64,000 bases of DNA, taken from contig JANJGN010000052.1 of NCBI GenBank assembly GCA_026770705.1, forward strand, positions 496,001 through 560,000, read 5' to 3'. The translations under genes and the position numbers were made by a program. The notes under the pieces are model-generated. The model saw nothing but the letters and a program-made list of their open reading frames with translations. It was not told the origin of the DNA and did no database searches. Source of the stretch: Isurus oxyrinchus. Lineage: Eukaryota. The first letter of the stretch is position 1. Each line of letters opens with the position of its first letter. Positions 1 through 12,450 of this stretch are shown piece after piece.

Positions 1-267
1 AGACTTCGAGACAGGATTAGAGAGATCGATGGGAGTGGATAACCTGATAACATTGATGGACACAGTCAATATATTTAATCATTGATATTAAAGTGAGTAT
101 TAGAGGTTGCTTTAGGACTGAACTGGAAGCTATCACCAGGTTATTGAGAATCAGACAGTGTGTTATAATAAGCTGTGTTTTGTGCTAATATGTAAATGTC
201 ACAGTTTGTGTTATTTCCCACTGAGTGTTGAATGTGAATTGTTGAGTAATTATAACACAGCACTTAC

Positions 268-636
268 CAGAAACGTGAAGCTGGGTTACAGGGTAATAGT
301 TATGGCTCGGACCATTGTCAAATTCTATTCTGAAAAAATAAGGTCCTGCATCTTCCCGTCTGATGTTGTTTATAATCAGGGAACAGTCGCCATCTTTCAG
401 GTCTCCAGATAGCCGGGTCCGATGGCGGAACCGTGGTAACTCGTGACTGTGATCCTTGGAGTGAAAGGCAATGGGAGCCCAGGGAATCTGTTTCTCATTA
501 TTAAACCAGACTCCACCTCGCGGTTGGTTTTCCAGACACGATGGATAACTGTAATGACATGGAATCTGTACACACGAACCTTCCTGCGCTGTCACCTCTC
601 GTGGAGTGTCACCTTTCCACTCTTGTGACAGTCCAA
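268..636 (-). CDS. Siglec-type V-set Ig exon (gene A, second V)
   Basis: 369 nt; acceptor ctctccccag, donor gtaagt. Has GSCVQIPC (B-strand Cys pair), GDCSL, and DAGPYFFRIE with the sialic-acid-binding Arg position. Confidence 0.9.
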
Positions 637-3600
637 CTGGGGAGAGAAATATCAATATTTATCTCTGGATGGTTTGTGGATCCACTGAACCCAATACTTA
701 CAGATGAGGCTGAATTGGGGGGATGGTCAATACTGAGGAGAATGGCAACAAATTATTTTGGCAGGAAGAATAGAAAAAACAGGATATTATTTAAATGGAG
801 AGAGGCTGCAGAATGCAGTACAGAGGGATCTGGGTGTCCTTGTACATGAATCACAGAAAGTCAGCATTCAGGAACACCACGGAATGAGGAAGGCAAGTGG
901 AATGTTGGCCTTTATTGCAAAGGGATGGAGTATAAAAGGAGGGAAGTCTTGCAACAGCTGCACAGGGCGTTAGTGAGATTGTAACAGGATCATTGTGTAC
1001 AGGCAGTTCAGAGAAGCTTCACTGGGCTGATTGCTGGGATTAAAGGGTTTGTCCTGTGAGGAAATGTTGAGCAGGTTGGGCCTGTATCCATTGGAGTTTA
1101 GAAGAATGAGGGGTGACCTTATTGAAACATATCCGATTCCGAGGGGGCTTGACAGGGTGGATGCTGGGAGGATGTTTCCCCCTCGTGGGGGAATCTAGAA
1201 CCAGGGAGCACAGTTTCGGAATGAGGGCTCTCCCATTTAAGACTGAGATGAGGAGGAATTTCCTCTCTCAGAGGGGCGCTAGCCTGTGGAATTCTCTTCC
1301 CCAGAGAGCAGTGGAGGCTGGGCCATTGAATAGACACAAGGCTGAGCGAGGCATGTTTTTGATCGACAAGGGAGTCAAGGGTTTGTGTCAGGCAGGAAAA
1401 TGGAGTTAAGGCCACAACCAGATCAGTGAGAGCAGGCTCGAGGGGCCGAATGGCCTGCTCCTGTCCCTATTTCTTATGTTCCTACATTCTTACCTTCTTA
1501 AAATATTAAAGCTGCAGAATAAACATGCAAGTGACTGACCCGCTCGACCCACCTTCCATCTGGGGGTCCCATGGGGAGGACCCTTCCTGAGCCAGATCCA
1601 CCAGCCAACATGGTCTGGATCCGAGCACAGGAGACACGGGGGGGAGTGACTAACAGGCTCCTTGTGACAGGCCCCGTCTGTCCAATGGCTGGCTTTCAGC
1701 TGCCAAGGCCAGAGTGGTCCTTGCTAAAACCGGCTCAGGACAGGCCAGGACCCCTGTGCAGACCCCCTCCAGCGCTGCAGCCTCTGTACAAATCCCTCAT
1801 GCGCTTGTGGAGAGACACAAACAAGGCTGCACATTACCGAGGAGAATCCCCTCTACGGACTAAGGGGCTGACTCATCACCTTAAACTCAGCAAATGAGGA
1901 GGCTCTCGCTCGGTATCGGGGCTTGGCATTCGCTCAGTAAAAATAATCAAATTACATTTTGGTCAGAAATCTAAGGAGGTTGTACATTCCCTCAAAAATA
2001 AGACTCGATCTGGGGTCGAGGGTCAAAGGGCTACAACTTATATTTACACAACAACTTTAACATGACAAATCACCCCAAGGTGCTACACAGGAGCGTCATA
2101 AAACAAAGTATGTCACCCAGACACGTGTAGATATTAGCGACAGCTGACCAGAAGAGGTCGGTGTTATGGAGAATCTTAAAAGGGGGATGAAATGGATAGT
2201 GAGAGAGAGAGAGATAGAGATAGAGAGAGAGAGAGATAGAGAGAGTGAGAGAGAGTGATGGAGAGGGGTTGAGGCCGGGTATTACAGAGCTCGGGCCCCA
2301 GGCAGCTGAAGGCATGGCCGCCGATGTTGTAGTGATGGGATCGGGGGATGGTAAAGAGGCTGGAATTGGATGAGCAACAGAGACCTCAGAGGGTTGGAGG
2401 GGCTGGAGGAGGTTACAGAGAGAAGGAAGGTTGTAGTGATTGGAGGAGGTTACAGAGATAAGGAGGGTTGTAGAGGCTGGAAAATTTAAGAGAGATTGGG
2501 AGAGTGTAGGGTATGGAGGAGTTCGCAGAGCTAGGGAGGGTTGTAGTGGCTGGAGGAGGTTGCAGAGATTGGTAGGTTTTTTGTGCAGGATGATTTTACA
2601 GATATAGGGAAGCAGCAGAGGCTTGAAGAGGTTACAGAGAATGAGATGGTTGTAGGTACTGGAGGAGGACGAGGAGATTACGGAGATAGTGAGGAAACAA
2701 AGATGAAAATTGTGACAGTGAGACTTTGCTTGACCAGGAGCCAGTCTCGGTCATCGAGCAGAGCGGGTGATAAGGGAACGGGACTTGGTGTGAGTAAGGA
2801 CGTGGTCAGCAGTTTTGGATGGCCTCAAGTTTATGGAGTGTAGAGCGTGTGTTGGAACAGTCGAGTCTGGAGGTAATGAAGGCGTGGATGAGGGTTTCAG
2901 CAGCAGATGAGCTGAGACAGGGTGAAGTCTTGTGATGTTACGGAGGTGGAAATAGACGGTGTTAGTGAGGGCGCAGATATGAGGCCGGAAGCTCATCTCA
3001 GGATCAAATGGGACAACAAAGCTGTGAACAGATTGGCTTCAATCTCAGAGACCTGTCAGGGAGAGGAATGGAGTTGGTAGCGAGGGAACAGAGTTTGGAG
3101 CGGGGAATGAAGACAATGGCTTCAGTCTTTCCAATATTTAATTGGAGGGAATTTCTGCCCATCCAGTACAGGATGTCGGATAAGCAGCCTGATAATTTAG
3201 CAGCAGTGGAGGAGTCGAGAGAGGTGGTGGTGAGGTACAGCTGGGCATCCTCAGGGGACAGGTGAAAACTAACACTGTTCAGATGATGCTGCAAAGCCAT
3301 TGCAAGTGATTCTCTGGCTACGATGAGATGGATAAGAATGGAGCCAGGGGAGAGCAGTCCCACCCAGCTGGACGACAGTGGACAGGTGTTGGAGGAGGAT
3401 GGTGTGGTCGAGCGTGTCAAAGGCTGCAGACAGATCGAGAAGGACGAGGAGGGAAAGTTGACCTTTGTCACAGTCACACAGGATGCCATTTGTGACCTTG
3501 ATAAGAGCTGTTTCAGCACAGTGGCTGGGGTGGGAACCTGATTGGAGGGATTCAAACATGGAGTTCCGGGAAAGATGGGAACGGATTCGGGAGATGGAAA

Positions 3601-6600
3601 CACGTTCAAGGACTTTGGAGGGGAAAGAGAGGCTGGAGATGGGACGGGGGTTTACACAGACAGTGTGAGGGGTGGAAGGTGTAGTGGGGAGGAGACACTT
3701 CACTCAGGGGGGAGGTGTCATCACCCCTCAGCTCGGTTTATGTTACAGCTATGATGTGGATTCAATCACACACAATAATCTAATGGATCTGGGAGCAGAA
3801 ATAGACAAATCATTAAAAATAGTGACGCTGGTTAACACGGCCAAAAAACAAGCAAATCAAACACTATTATTTCCCATTGAGTGTTGAATGTGAATTGTTG
3901 AGTAATTATAACACAGCACTTACCAGAAACGTGAAGCTGGGTTACAGGATAGTAGCTGTAACTATTTCTGCTGTCAAATTCTATCCTGAAATAATAATAT
4001 CCTGCATCTTCCCGTCTGATGTTGTTTATAATCAGGGAACAGTCGCCATCTTTCAGTTCTCCAGACAGCCGTGTCCGATGGTGGAACCGTGCTAACTCGC
4101 GATTGTGATCCTTGGAGTGAAAAGCTATGGTCCCTCTAGACCTTGTATTCCATGTATTCCTTGTGTACCATTTCACGTACCAGATTCCGACACGTGCTCT
4201 CCCTACTACACGTGCTGGATAACTGTAGTTACATGCAATCTGTACACACGAACCTTCCTGCGCTGTCACCTCTCGTGGAGTTTCACCTTTCCACTCTTGT
4301 GACAGTCCAACTGGGGAGAGAAATATTAATATTTAACTCTGGATGGTTTGTAGATCCACTAGACTCGATATCCACCCCCTCCTTCACGGGGTCAGGGTGG
4401 CTGCAGTGTGGACCATCTACAGGACACACAGGGATCTCCCCAATGTTTCACAATGGATAGAAGAGAATCCTGGACACAAAAGCGGAAATATTCATGCTAC
4501 ATTGGCTCATGGTCCTCAGGACCCTGTTTGTGTACAAACCTGCTCTGCAACAGAACTGAAGTTGGGGACAATGCATTTGGAATTCCACTGTCCAGGGCAT
4601 TGGGTTAACTTGCTAAGTTTGTTTTAAATCTAACATCTATTTTTGGTCTGTTGCCTTAAAGGAAGTGTAACTGGGAGTCAGGTTAATTAGGAATTTTAGG
4701 AGTTATTATAGCAGTCATTGTAGTCTTATGTATGTGCTTGAAATCTTTTATTTTGATGACAAATATTTTAATTTATTGTTTTAAATCTCTAAATGTCTTG
4801 ATGGAGTTATTGCTTCTGAATTCAGTGCACAATCATAACAAATACAAATTGCAAAATCATTATGATAGTGTGACCAAGTTTCTCTCATGGACTTGGTCTG
4901 CCTGGCACACATCACCTGCCAAGTGATAACACTGTTGTAATATGCCTTTCAGGGACAGCAGCATGACATCACTCGAGGGGAAGTGTGTCATGTGATTTTT
5001 AGGAACTGCGGTTGGCTTAAGTAAGTTCGATGTGTATTTGTGTGCGTTAGGCATAAGGTCTATCTTTACGTTCAAGTTTAGTTTGTATTTCTGTATTTGG
5101 GTGTTGAGAAAAGGGGGAACTTGACGTAAAAAGAAGCCAGCATTCCATTGAGGTTTTATGTCTGTTGAAGGGAAGTCAAAACAAATACAAGGTGTAAGAA
5201 ACTATGCTGTTGCCTAGCAACAGTGATCCAGAGGGAAAGACCCACAGAGACCGAGAAAAACAGAAAAGTACTTTCAGTTCTGTTGAAAGGAGTTGCCAGG
5301 AGAAGCAGCAAAGGAGCGGGACAGATAGTCAGTCCCAAAGTAAAGAAGAAGCCAAAACCATCGAGTGGAACAGGAGAAAGGGCCCAAGAAAACCTTCTAG
5401 TCAAATCTGGAAAAGGCCCTGTTAAGTGAAGTTAAGAGTGAGGAGCGGACAAAGGCTTCAAGCTTAAAGGAAGAAGCAGCAGGACACAGACCTAAAGCAA
5501 AATAGGCTTGTGAGAAGCCAGAAGATCCTAGGAGACACCACTGGTTGGTGACTCATTACTACGGCCATGTGAAGCCATGGTGTTCCATTGACACGGCTGA
5601 GCATTGGAGAGACAGGGCGTGGAAGGAAGGCTGAATGCACGTGGCAATCCAGGGGGCAGGAACATGGGAAGGAGAGTTTGAAATAGTGAAAGTGGTCACT
5701 TGTGGAAGGTGTCTGAGTGAAAGTGTCATGTTGGAGAAGATTCCAAAGTGAGTTCTTGGAGAGTGGAGATTGGAAACTCTCATATGAAAGAAGCTTTTCA
5801 GTGAGACTGGTTGGCTCACAGTGTAACAAGCGTCTGGGGACAGATGAGACATAGAATTTGTTTCAAGTGGGCTCTGCCACTTGCTTTCAGAATGTTGTGT
5901 CCCTGACCACAGGTCGTCTATTGGTTTACACGGACTGTGTACTTAGTGTGAACATGAGAATATAAGATAGTTATCGTAATTTGTGTTCTACTTATGTATC
6001 TGTAAAGGTATAGGTCTGGGTGAAGGAGTAATGTCATATAGTTTGTCTTTCCTAGTTTAATAAATGTTTTATTCTTTTGTTAGAAGTTCATCAGATGACT
6101 CCTGTGACTGTTCAGTAGCCGCACTCCACATTCCTAAATAAAAAATAAAAGTTAGGACCTATCAAGCTGAGCTCCACCCTGGGATCTGACTTGCCCAGTA
6201 GTAACATCAGCTGGGATGATAACACCATCCAGTCCAAGTTTCACTTTGGCCTGTGAGCAGAACACAGTTCACACAGTTTGGCTGCAGGTGTCTCCCAGCT
6301 TTCTATCCTTGTATATCTGTTCTCATGTCCCTGTTCTAAATAACTGAACCCACAATGTATTTACCCAATTCCGTATCAGTGGCTTTAACCTCATCCCAGA
6401 TCCTGTAGGAGAAGGAAGGTCAAAGGAATATTGTCAGAATGTCCACAAAATTCCCCAGTTTAAACTGGGATGTAGCTGACCGACTATCTGAATTCAGAAT
6501 GTTTAAACAGTGTACAGAGCTCTGGTTTCCTGATTCAGGTATGACTGAACCAGACGAGCAAGCCATAAAAATTCACCTCGCGATTGGGAATGAAGGTCTA

Positions 6601-9041
6601 CACAGGCTGAACACATCAGGATTAACAGCAGAAGAGCGAAAGGATCCCCAATAGATACGGACGATATTGGAAGACAGGTTCAGAATCAGGTGAAACTCCA
6701 TATTCATCAACTAGAGTTTATGTCATTTCATCAGCCTACACAATCCATAGACCACTTCATCAGCCGATGTAGAGAAAAGGGTACGCACTGTGATTTCAAA
6801 CACAGAGCCTGCAGACAGAGTTGTTGAGTTGGTGATTACATCCACTCCCATGGAAGCCTTCCAGAAAGATCTGCTAGATAAGACCAAAACCTATAGCATT
6901 GAAGAGCTACTCAAGGATGGACATAAATACGAAGTGATCCTCGCAGGTCAACGAAGCTTACAGGTCCTCAGTACAACATCAATTGTTGACACACTCACTA
7001 GAACATCCAAACCTAGTGAGACGTGTGGAAGGTGTGGCCTTCTGCAGGCACCAAGGAAATGCCCAGCTTTCCACCAATCCTGCAAGGCTTGTGGCAGAAA
7101 GGGCCATTGACAGCGGCAGGGCACGAGAGCAAAGGCTGATGCAGCTACAAAGAGCCGTGCGCTGATCCAATCAAACCCTGCACAACGGGGAACCTTCAAG
7201 CAATAAGAATGACCATCCGCTATCCCATCAGGAACATATACATGTGGTGACTGACAAACCAGGAAATGGCGATGATGTACACGACGAGACTAGGAGCGGT
7301 GATCGATATTCCACCTCTCACACATATCCTGACGTGGCTTGCCAATAAATTGTGGATTGTGGTCTTTATTGATCTCTCTGGGCACATCAAATTAACTGAA
7401 AATGTTCCCATAGGGGTGGGAATTTTCTGGCCCCACCCACTTCCATGATTGTCCGGTCCGGCCGAAAGCCAATGGATTTATGTCTGTCCCAGTCTCAGAA
7501 ACTATCCCATCAGCTCAGTTCATGACATAACATTGAAATATGCAGAAAGATTCAACAATATTGGCAGGTTCAAGGGAGCGGCAACATTACACCTGCAGGA
7601 GAATGCAAGTCTGTCAGACTCCTTGCATTAAAATTAATACAATCCAACTTTGCCACGCTATCTTGAGCCTTAAATGGCCAATAATTTCTATGCCTTCCAG
7701 TTTCATTTGCTCTCTCTTCTAATTTTGGCCGTGCATCTCTCTCTGTTGAACCTCCTCTCGGGATCCGATCCCCTGCCATATTAGTTTAAAGCCTCCTCAG
7801 TTGCATCAAGGGTGTAATGTCAATTGAAACCAGGGACAACATCGAAGAATGACAATCCCACAGATCAATGTGAGCAATTAAAGAAACCTCCAGACAATTT
7901 TGCCACCACAAGATCTCGATATAACAGCAGATTACCTCTACGCTTTAGAGACTCAAATATTCAACAGATCTATACACATATAATTGTCAAGAAATATGAA
8001 AATGATACCAGGAACCTCTTGTTCCCTGTCCTTCTCAAAGATCCATCCCTGCAGCAGGAGCCTGAAGAGTTACTGATGTGGGGCTTAATTTATCGGATTG
8101 TAGAATGATCCGGAAATGAAGGATGCCATTTGGCCCATCGAGCCTGTGCTGGGCCTTTGAAAGATCTGTCCAATTAGTCCCACTCTAACCTCTGCTCTCT
8201 CCTCCACAGCCCTGCAAAATGTCCCCTTCAAGTATTTATCTAGTTCCCCTTCTGAAAGTTCCTGTTGAATCTGCTTCCACCGGCCTTTCAGGCAGTGAGT
8301 CAATGGTCTCTCTCTGAGCTGCAAAGTGCTAATGTTCTGAGAACTTTAAACTCTGCAGCAGATCAGAGACAATCATGATAACTCAGAATATTTGACAGCT
8401 TTACACACGGACAGCTTTACCTTCCTTCTCTCTATCAGTTATCTTGCTCCCTTATTGAAGTTTCTAGCAAGGTGAGAATGGACAGGAAGAGTGACACTGA
8501 ACAGCCTGTCTATTCTAGGAGCTGCTGTGTTGTCTTCATGGGAATTTCTGACAAAATCAGCAAAAGACACAAAATTTCAGGGCATTGTTATCCGAGTCCC
8601 AGCATCAGGATAGACCTCAACCCCCAGTTGGTATTCCTGATTCTCTATTCAGCCGATCGCTTCCCAGTCACTGGCTGAACTACACTGACTCCCAGTCCAG
8701 CAATGACTCAAATTTCAAATTCTCATCATCGAGTTCTTACCCCACCATCGCCCCTCTACACTCTCTATCTGTGTAACCTCCTCCAACCCTAAAACCCTCT
8801 GAGATCTCTGCTCTCCTCCAATTCTGCTGTCAGACAGGGAGTCAGTGTATATCAGTGAGCACAGGGGTGATGGATGAATGGGACTTGGTGTCAGTTTGTA
8901 CACTGGCTCACTGCTGAATCGGTTCCCAATCACACTCAATAAGAATGATTTTTTACAAAGACTATTAGCCATAAAACTGTCCGAGCTGACGACGTTATTA
9001 CCTTCGAGAAGTGACAGGAGGAAGTAGGATTTCCCGATCAT
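268..9041 (-). CDS. Siglec-like gene A (partial, continues past left edge): leader 9002-9041, V-set 3924-4310, V-set 268-636
   Basis: GT-AG flanked phase-1 exons splice in frame to MIGKSYFLLSLLE-VGLSQEWKG...; both V exons are open and carry Siglec hallmarks. Confidence 0.7.
700..1490 (+). mobile_element. CR1-like LINE, 3' fragment
   Basis: Degenerate RT C-terminal peptides (QRDLGVLVHES, ESRTREHS..FKTEMRRNFLSQR..WNSLP) and 3' tail ggctcgaggggccgaatggcct. Confidence 0.85.
2030..3680 (-). mobile_element. L2-like LINE fragment
   Basis: RT peptides RPISSLSF..SKVLER, ETALIKVTN, LLVLLDLSAAFDTLDH, LQLNIGKTE; frameshifted. Confidence 0.8.
2390..2690 (+). repeat. Degenerate ~37-bp minisatellite (ggaggaggttacagagatagggagggttgtaggggct) inside the L2-like 3' region
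   Basis: Several diverged tandem units visible. Confidence 0.7.
3924..4310 (-). CDS. Siglec-type V-set Ig exon (gene A, first V, divergent)
   Basis: 387 nt, open, intact AG/GT; GSCVQIAC..GIWYVKWYTRNTWNTRSRGT..GDCSL..DAGYYYFRIEF. Confidence 0.9.
4530..6224. mobile_element. Probable LTR-like insertion in gene A leader-V intron
   Basis: Homology to paralogous introns breaks at ~4529. The block is non-coding, has AATAAA near 6060/6140 and ends ...aaca. No TSD found. Confidence 0.35.
6439..7955 (+). mobile_element. Degenerate Gypsy/Ty3 internal region (gag with Cys/His knuckles, pol remnants)
   Basis: MSTKFPSLNWD..FKQCTELWF..AIGNEGL; CGRCG..CPAFHQSCKACGRKGH; stops and frameshifts. Confidence 0.75.
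9002..9041 (-). CDS. Signal-peptide exon of gene A (whole exon 9002-9083)
   Basis: MIGKSYFLLSLLE+G|gtaata, phase 1 matching the V exon; acceptor ctctttcag. Confidence 0.8.
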
Positions 9042-9491
9042 TGTCCACTCCCAGATATTTCATAAGCTTCTGACTCTCAAACTCTGAAAGAGAAAGGAGT
9101 TAATGAGACCTCACCTCTTGTCCGACAGCTCTCAAGAGATCAGAACTGTTTTTGGACAATGTCTTTACAGAGTAATTTGATTCTCTGTGGGATGATAGGT
9201 GCTCTGCAGAGAGTTACAAGGCTTTAAGAAAGAAAAACATTAAAGGATTTGCATTTCTATAGCACCTTTCACCACCTCAAGACGTCCCAAAGCTCATGTC
9301 TCTGCACTTCCCTCATCCCTTGAGCTAGAAAGATGTTCTGTACAACAGACTTGAGTCTCACACCCAGATCTCAATAACCAGTAGAAATCTTTCAAAGGCA
9401 TCAATCATTGGAATCTGTCTTTATAAAGTCACAACATCAACAAAGGACGGTGTTGGTCGTGGAAGTGAATTCCAATTGTTCCGTTACTTAC

Positions 9492-9635
9492 CCAGGACCT
9501 GTCCGACTGCTCGCCTGGGGAGGAACTGCCCACACGCTCTGCTTGGGCTGAATGACCTCTTCCTGTGCTGCCCCCTCTGTGTGTTTAATTAGAAAGGGTG
9601 GATGTGTCTCTGTGAGACAAAATGAGGAAGTGGGT
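9492..9635 (-). promoter_or_regulatory. Putative non-coding exon 1 / promoter of gene A with ETS (PU.1-like) site GAGGAAGTG at 9624-9632
   Basis: Strong donor GG|gtaagt; the module recurs upstream of every leader exon in the cluster. Confidence 0.55.
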
Positions 9636-9854
9636 AATCAGTGAGAAGATCGAGGATGTTTTGTGCTCTCAGCAAAACGTTTACCATGTGTGATCTGTCA
9701 GCTCATATTTGGGCAGCTGTAGTCATGAAGCTTCTCCATTGGCTCCGTGGGATTAGACTCCTCCCCCTCACCACAGAGGCTGAAACTCAGGCGATAAGAG
9801 TCCCCAATACAGGTCTCGGGCCGTATGATACATTTCAACGACCCCTGTTATCAT

Positions 9855-10875
9855 TACGGAGGGAGTGCTGCACTGTCAGCGGGACTCTACTGTGGGAGTG
9901 CTGCACTGTGGGAGGGTCAGTAATGTGGGAGTGCTGCACTATCAGAGGGTCAGTAATGGGAGAGTGCTGCACTGTCAGAGGGTCAGTAGTGAGGGCGTGC
10001 TGCACTGTCAGAGGGTCAGTAATGTGGGAGTGCTGCACTGTCAGAGGGTCAGTAATGAGGGAGTGCTGCACGGTCAGAGGTTCAGTACTGAGGGAGTGCT
10101 GCACTGTCAGAGGGTCAGTAATGTGGGAGTGCTGAACTGTCGGCGGGTCTGTATTGAGTGAGTTCCGCACAGTCAGAGGGTCAGTATTGAGGGGGTGCCG
10201 GACTGTGGGAGGGTTAGTACTGAGGTAGAGCCGAGTGTGAGAAGATATCCTTTCATGGCAAAGTTTAACTGGAATTTATTTAAACAGAATTCTTGTACTG
10301 TGTGTTATTGCAAAAGAAAGGATTTGAGGAACTAAGTCTTGTTCCCGTAAGCCTAAAAATAATTTTCACCGATTCAATGATTTAGCATTGAAACCTCCCT
10401 CTTTGGGCACCAGTCTTGATTGAATCAACTCGAACAGCACCGTGGGAGGGTGAGTACTGAGGGAGTGCTGCACTGTGGGAGGGTGAGTACTGAGAGAGGG
10501 CTGCGCTGTGGGAGGGTGAGTACTGAGGGAGTGCTGCACTGTCAGAGAGTCTGTACTGAGGGAGTGCTGCACTGTCAGAAGGTGTGTACCGTGGGAGTGC
10601 TGAACTGTCGGAAGGTCAGTAGTGAGGGAGGGATACAGTGTCAGAGGATCAGTACTGAGGGAGTGCTGCACTGTGGGTGGATGAGTACTGAGGGAGTGCT
10701 GCACTGTCAGATTGTCAGCCATGAGGGTGTGCTGCACTGTCAGAAGGTCAGTTCTGACAGGGTGCTGCACTTGAAAAGGGTCAATAATGAGGTAGTGCAG
10801 CACTGTCAGAGGGACAGTAATGAGGGAGCGCTGCACTGACCGAGGGTCAGGATTGAGGAAACGCTGCACTGTCAG
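9855..10875 (+). repeat. Two arrays of 33-bp minisatellite (cagtactgagggagtgctgcactgtcagagggt)
   Basis: 11-aa periodic ORFs; arrays at about 9855-10235 and 10435-10875. Confidence 0.9.
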
Positions 10876-11574
10876 TTCTGTGCGTGGTCTGCAATGTCCT
10901 AAGTGCATTCTAGGCACAGCCCAAGATTCCGCCTGATGTCTGTGTAACAACAACATCATGTACATGTCGAGAATAATTCTCACTGTGTTGGTGCAGCAAG
11001 ACAGTTTTGGAATGGCACCACCACTGGCAGGAGTGTGCAGCTGCAATGTGACGTGTTTACATTGAAAATTTCCATTATAAAGATGGCCACAGGAATTCAT
11101 CTGACTGGAAAAAGTGACAACATGAAATAATGTCTTTGAGCCAAGAATCTGGCAGCAAAATAAGAATTTTAATCCATAAGTATCTACAGAAAAGGCTGAA
11201 CATTTTAATCACTTGTGTTAATCAATGTAATTTTATTCATAACCCAAATGCTTCTTACAATCTATCGCAGCATGAAAAAGGTGCAGCATTCAGAAAGCAC
11301 ATTCCAATCAGAGAACAGAGTTTAGCAATGTCACATTTCTGTTCATTCCTATTTGACCATGTTGGCTGCACACAGCCAGACAATGCCGTGGTTATGATGT
11401 GTCCACACAGCAGGACTGGGGAGCACCAGGTATAAGGAAAAGTTTCAGCTTGCTGAGGAGAAGAAGGAGAATCTCTCGTTCCAGGTTTCTCTCCGTACAT
11501 TAAGAAGCAGGCATGCCGATGTTTCATTGCACTCTGTCTGCTGATGGGAGTCCGCTTGGAAATTGCTGTTTGTG

Positions 11575-12195
11575 CTGATGGAAAGAATAAGCTTTTCATA
11601 AATCGAGGGATTGAGTACAAACACAGGGAGGTTATGCTGAACATTTATAAAGCTCTGGTTAGGTCACAGCTAGAGTATTGTGTCCAGTTCTGGTCTCCTC
11701 ACTTTGGGAAGGAAGTGAGGGTCCTTGAGAGGGTGGGGAGGAGATTGAGCAGAATGGGTCCAGGGATGAGGGATTTTAGCTACAAGGTTGGGTTGGAGAA
11801 GCTGGGGTTGTTCTCCTTGGAGCAAAGGAGATTGAGGGGGGATCTGATCGAGGTGTACAAGATGATGATGGGTTTAGATACGGTAGACAAAGAGAAGCTG
11901 TTGCCATTAGCTGATGGGACAAGGACTGGGGGACACAGATTGAAGGTTGTGGGCAGTGGGGGGATGTGAGGAGGAACTTTTTTACACAGCGAGTGGTAAT
12001 GAGCAGGAACTCGCTGCCTGCGAGGATGGTGGAAGTGGAGACGATGAACGATTTCAAACAGAAATTGGTTGGACACTTGGAAATAAACATGCAGGGATAC
12101 GGGGATAGAGCGGGGGAATGGGACTGAGTGGATTGCTCTACACAGAGACAGCATAGACTTAATGGGCTGAATGGTCTCCTACTGTGCTGGAATGC
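11575..12195 (+). mobile_element. CR1-like LINE 3' fragment (inverted copy at ~50280-50885)
   Basis: YKALVRSQLEYCVQFWSP..LFSLEQRRLRGDLIEVYK. Confidence 0.85.
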
Positions 12196-12310
12196 CTCTC
12201 TGATACGAAGGTGATTCTAACCAGGACACTGACCAGTTTCATTACAACTTAACACAACATCACACGTTATTTGTCCGCACTGACTGACCAGATTGTTGCT
12301 GTACAAAGCT

Positions 12311-12450
12311 TCAAACAGTCTGTCGACTTCCTTTCACTGTTTGTCTCTCCCAGACACAGACTCCAGTGATAGTGATAACCACAGCCACAAGGAATATCAC
12401 AGCTCGTATTCCCAGGATCAGGATCACATGCAGAATCTCTCCTCCACTGT
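12311..12450 (-). pseudogene. TM/terminal exon with intramembrane Arg (gene B)
   Basis: Phase-1 acceptor ttctctag; SGGEILHVILILGIRAVIFLVAVVITITGVCVWERQTVKGSRQTV*. Confidence 0.75.

Noticed and set aside
185-655. V exons as rearranging Ig/TCR/IgNAR V segments
   Set aside because: They end in splice donors, not RSS heptamer/nonamer, and have the Siglec Cys pattern (no F-strand YYC). The ORF ends MIFLSP and GKCCVII are intron read-through.
1571-1897. 108-aa GC-richer ORF
   Set aside because: No recognisable family or splice structure; antisense within an intron between TE fragments.
11255-11644. 129-aa ORF duplicated at 50832-51221
   Set aside because: Partly antisense CR1 and lies in the presumed 3' UTR; its conservation reflects recent duplication only.
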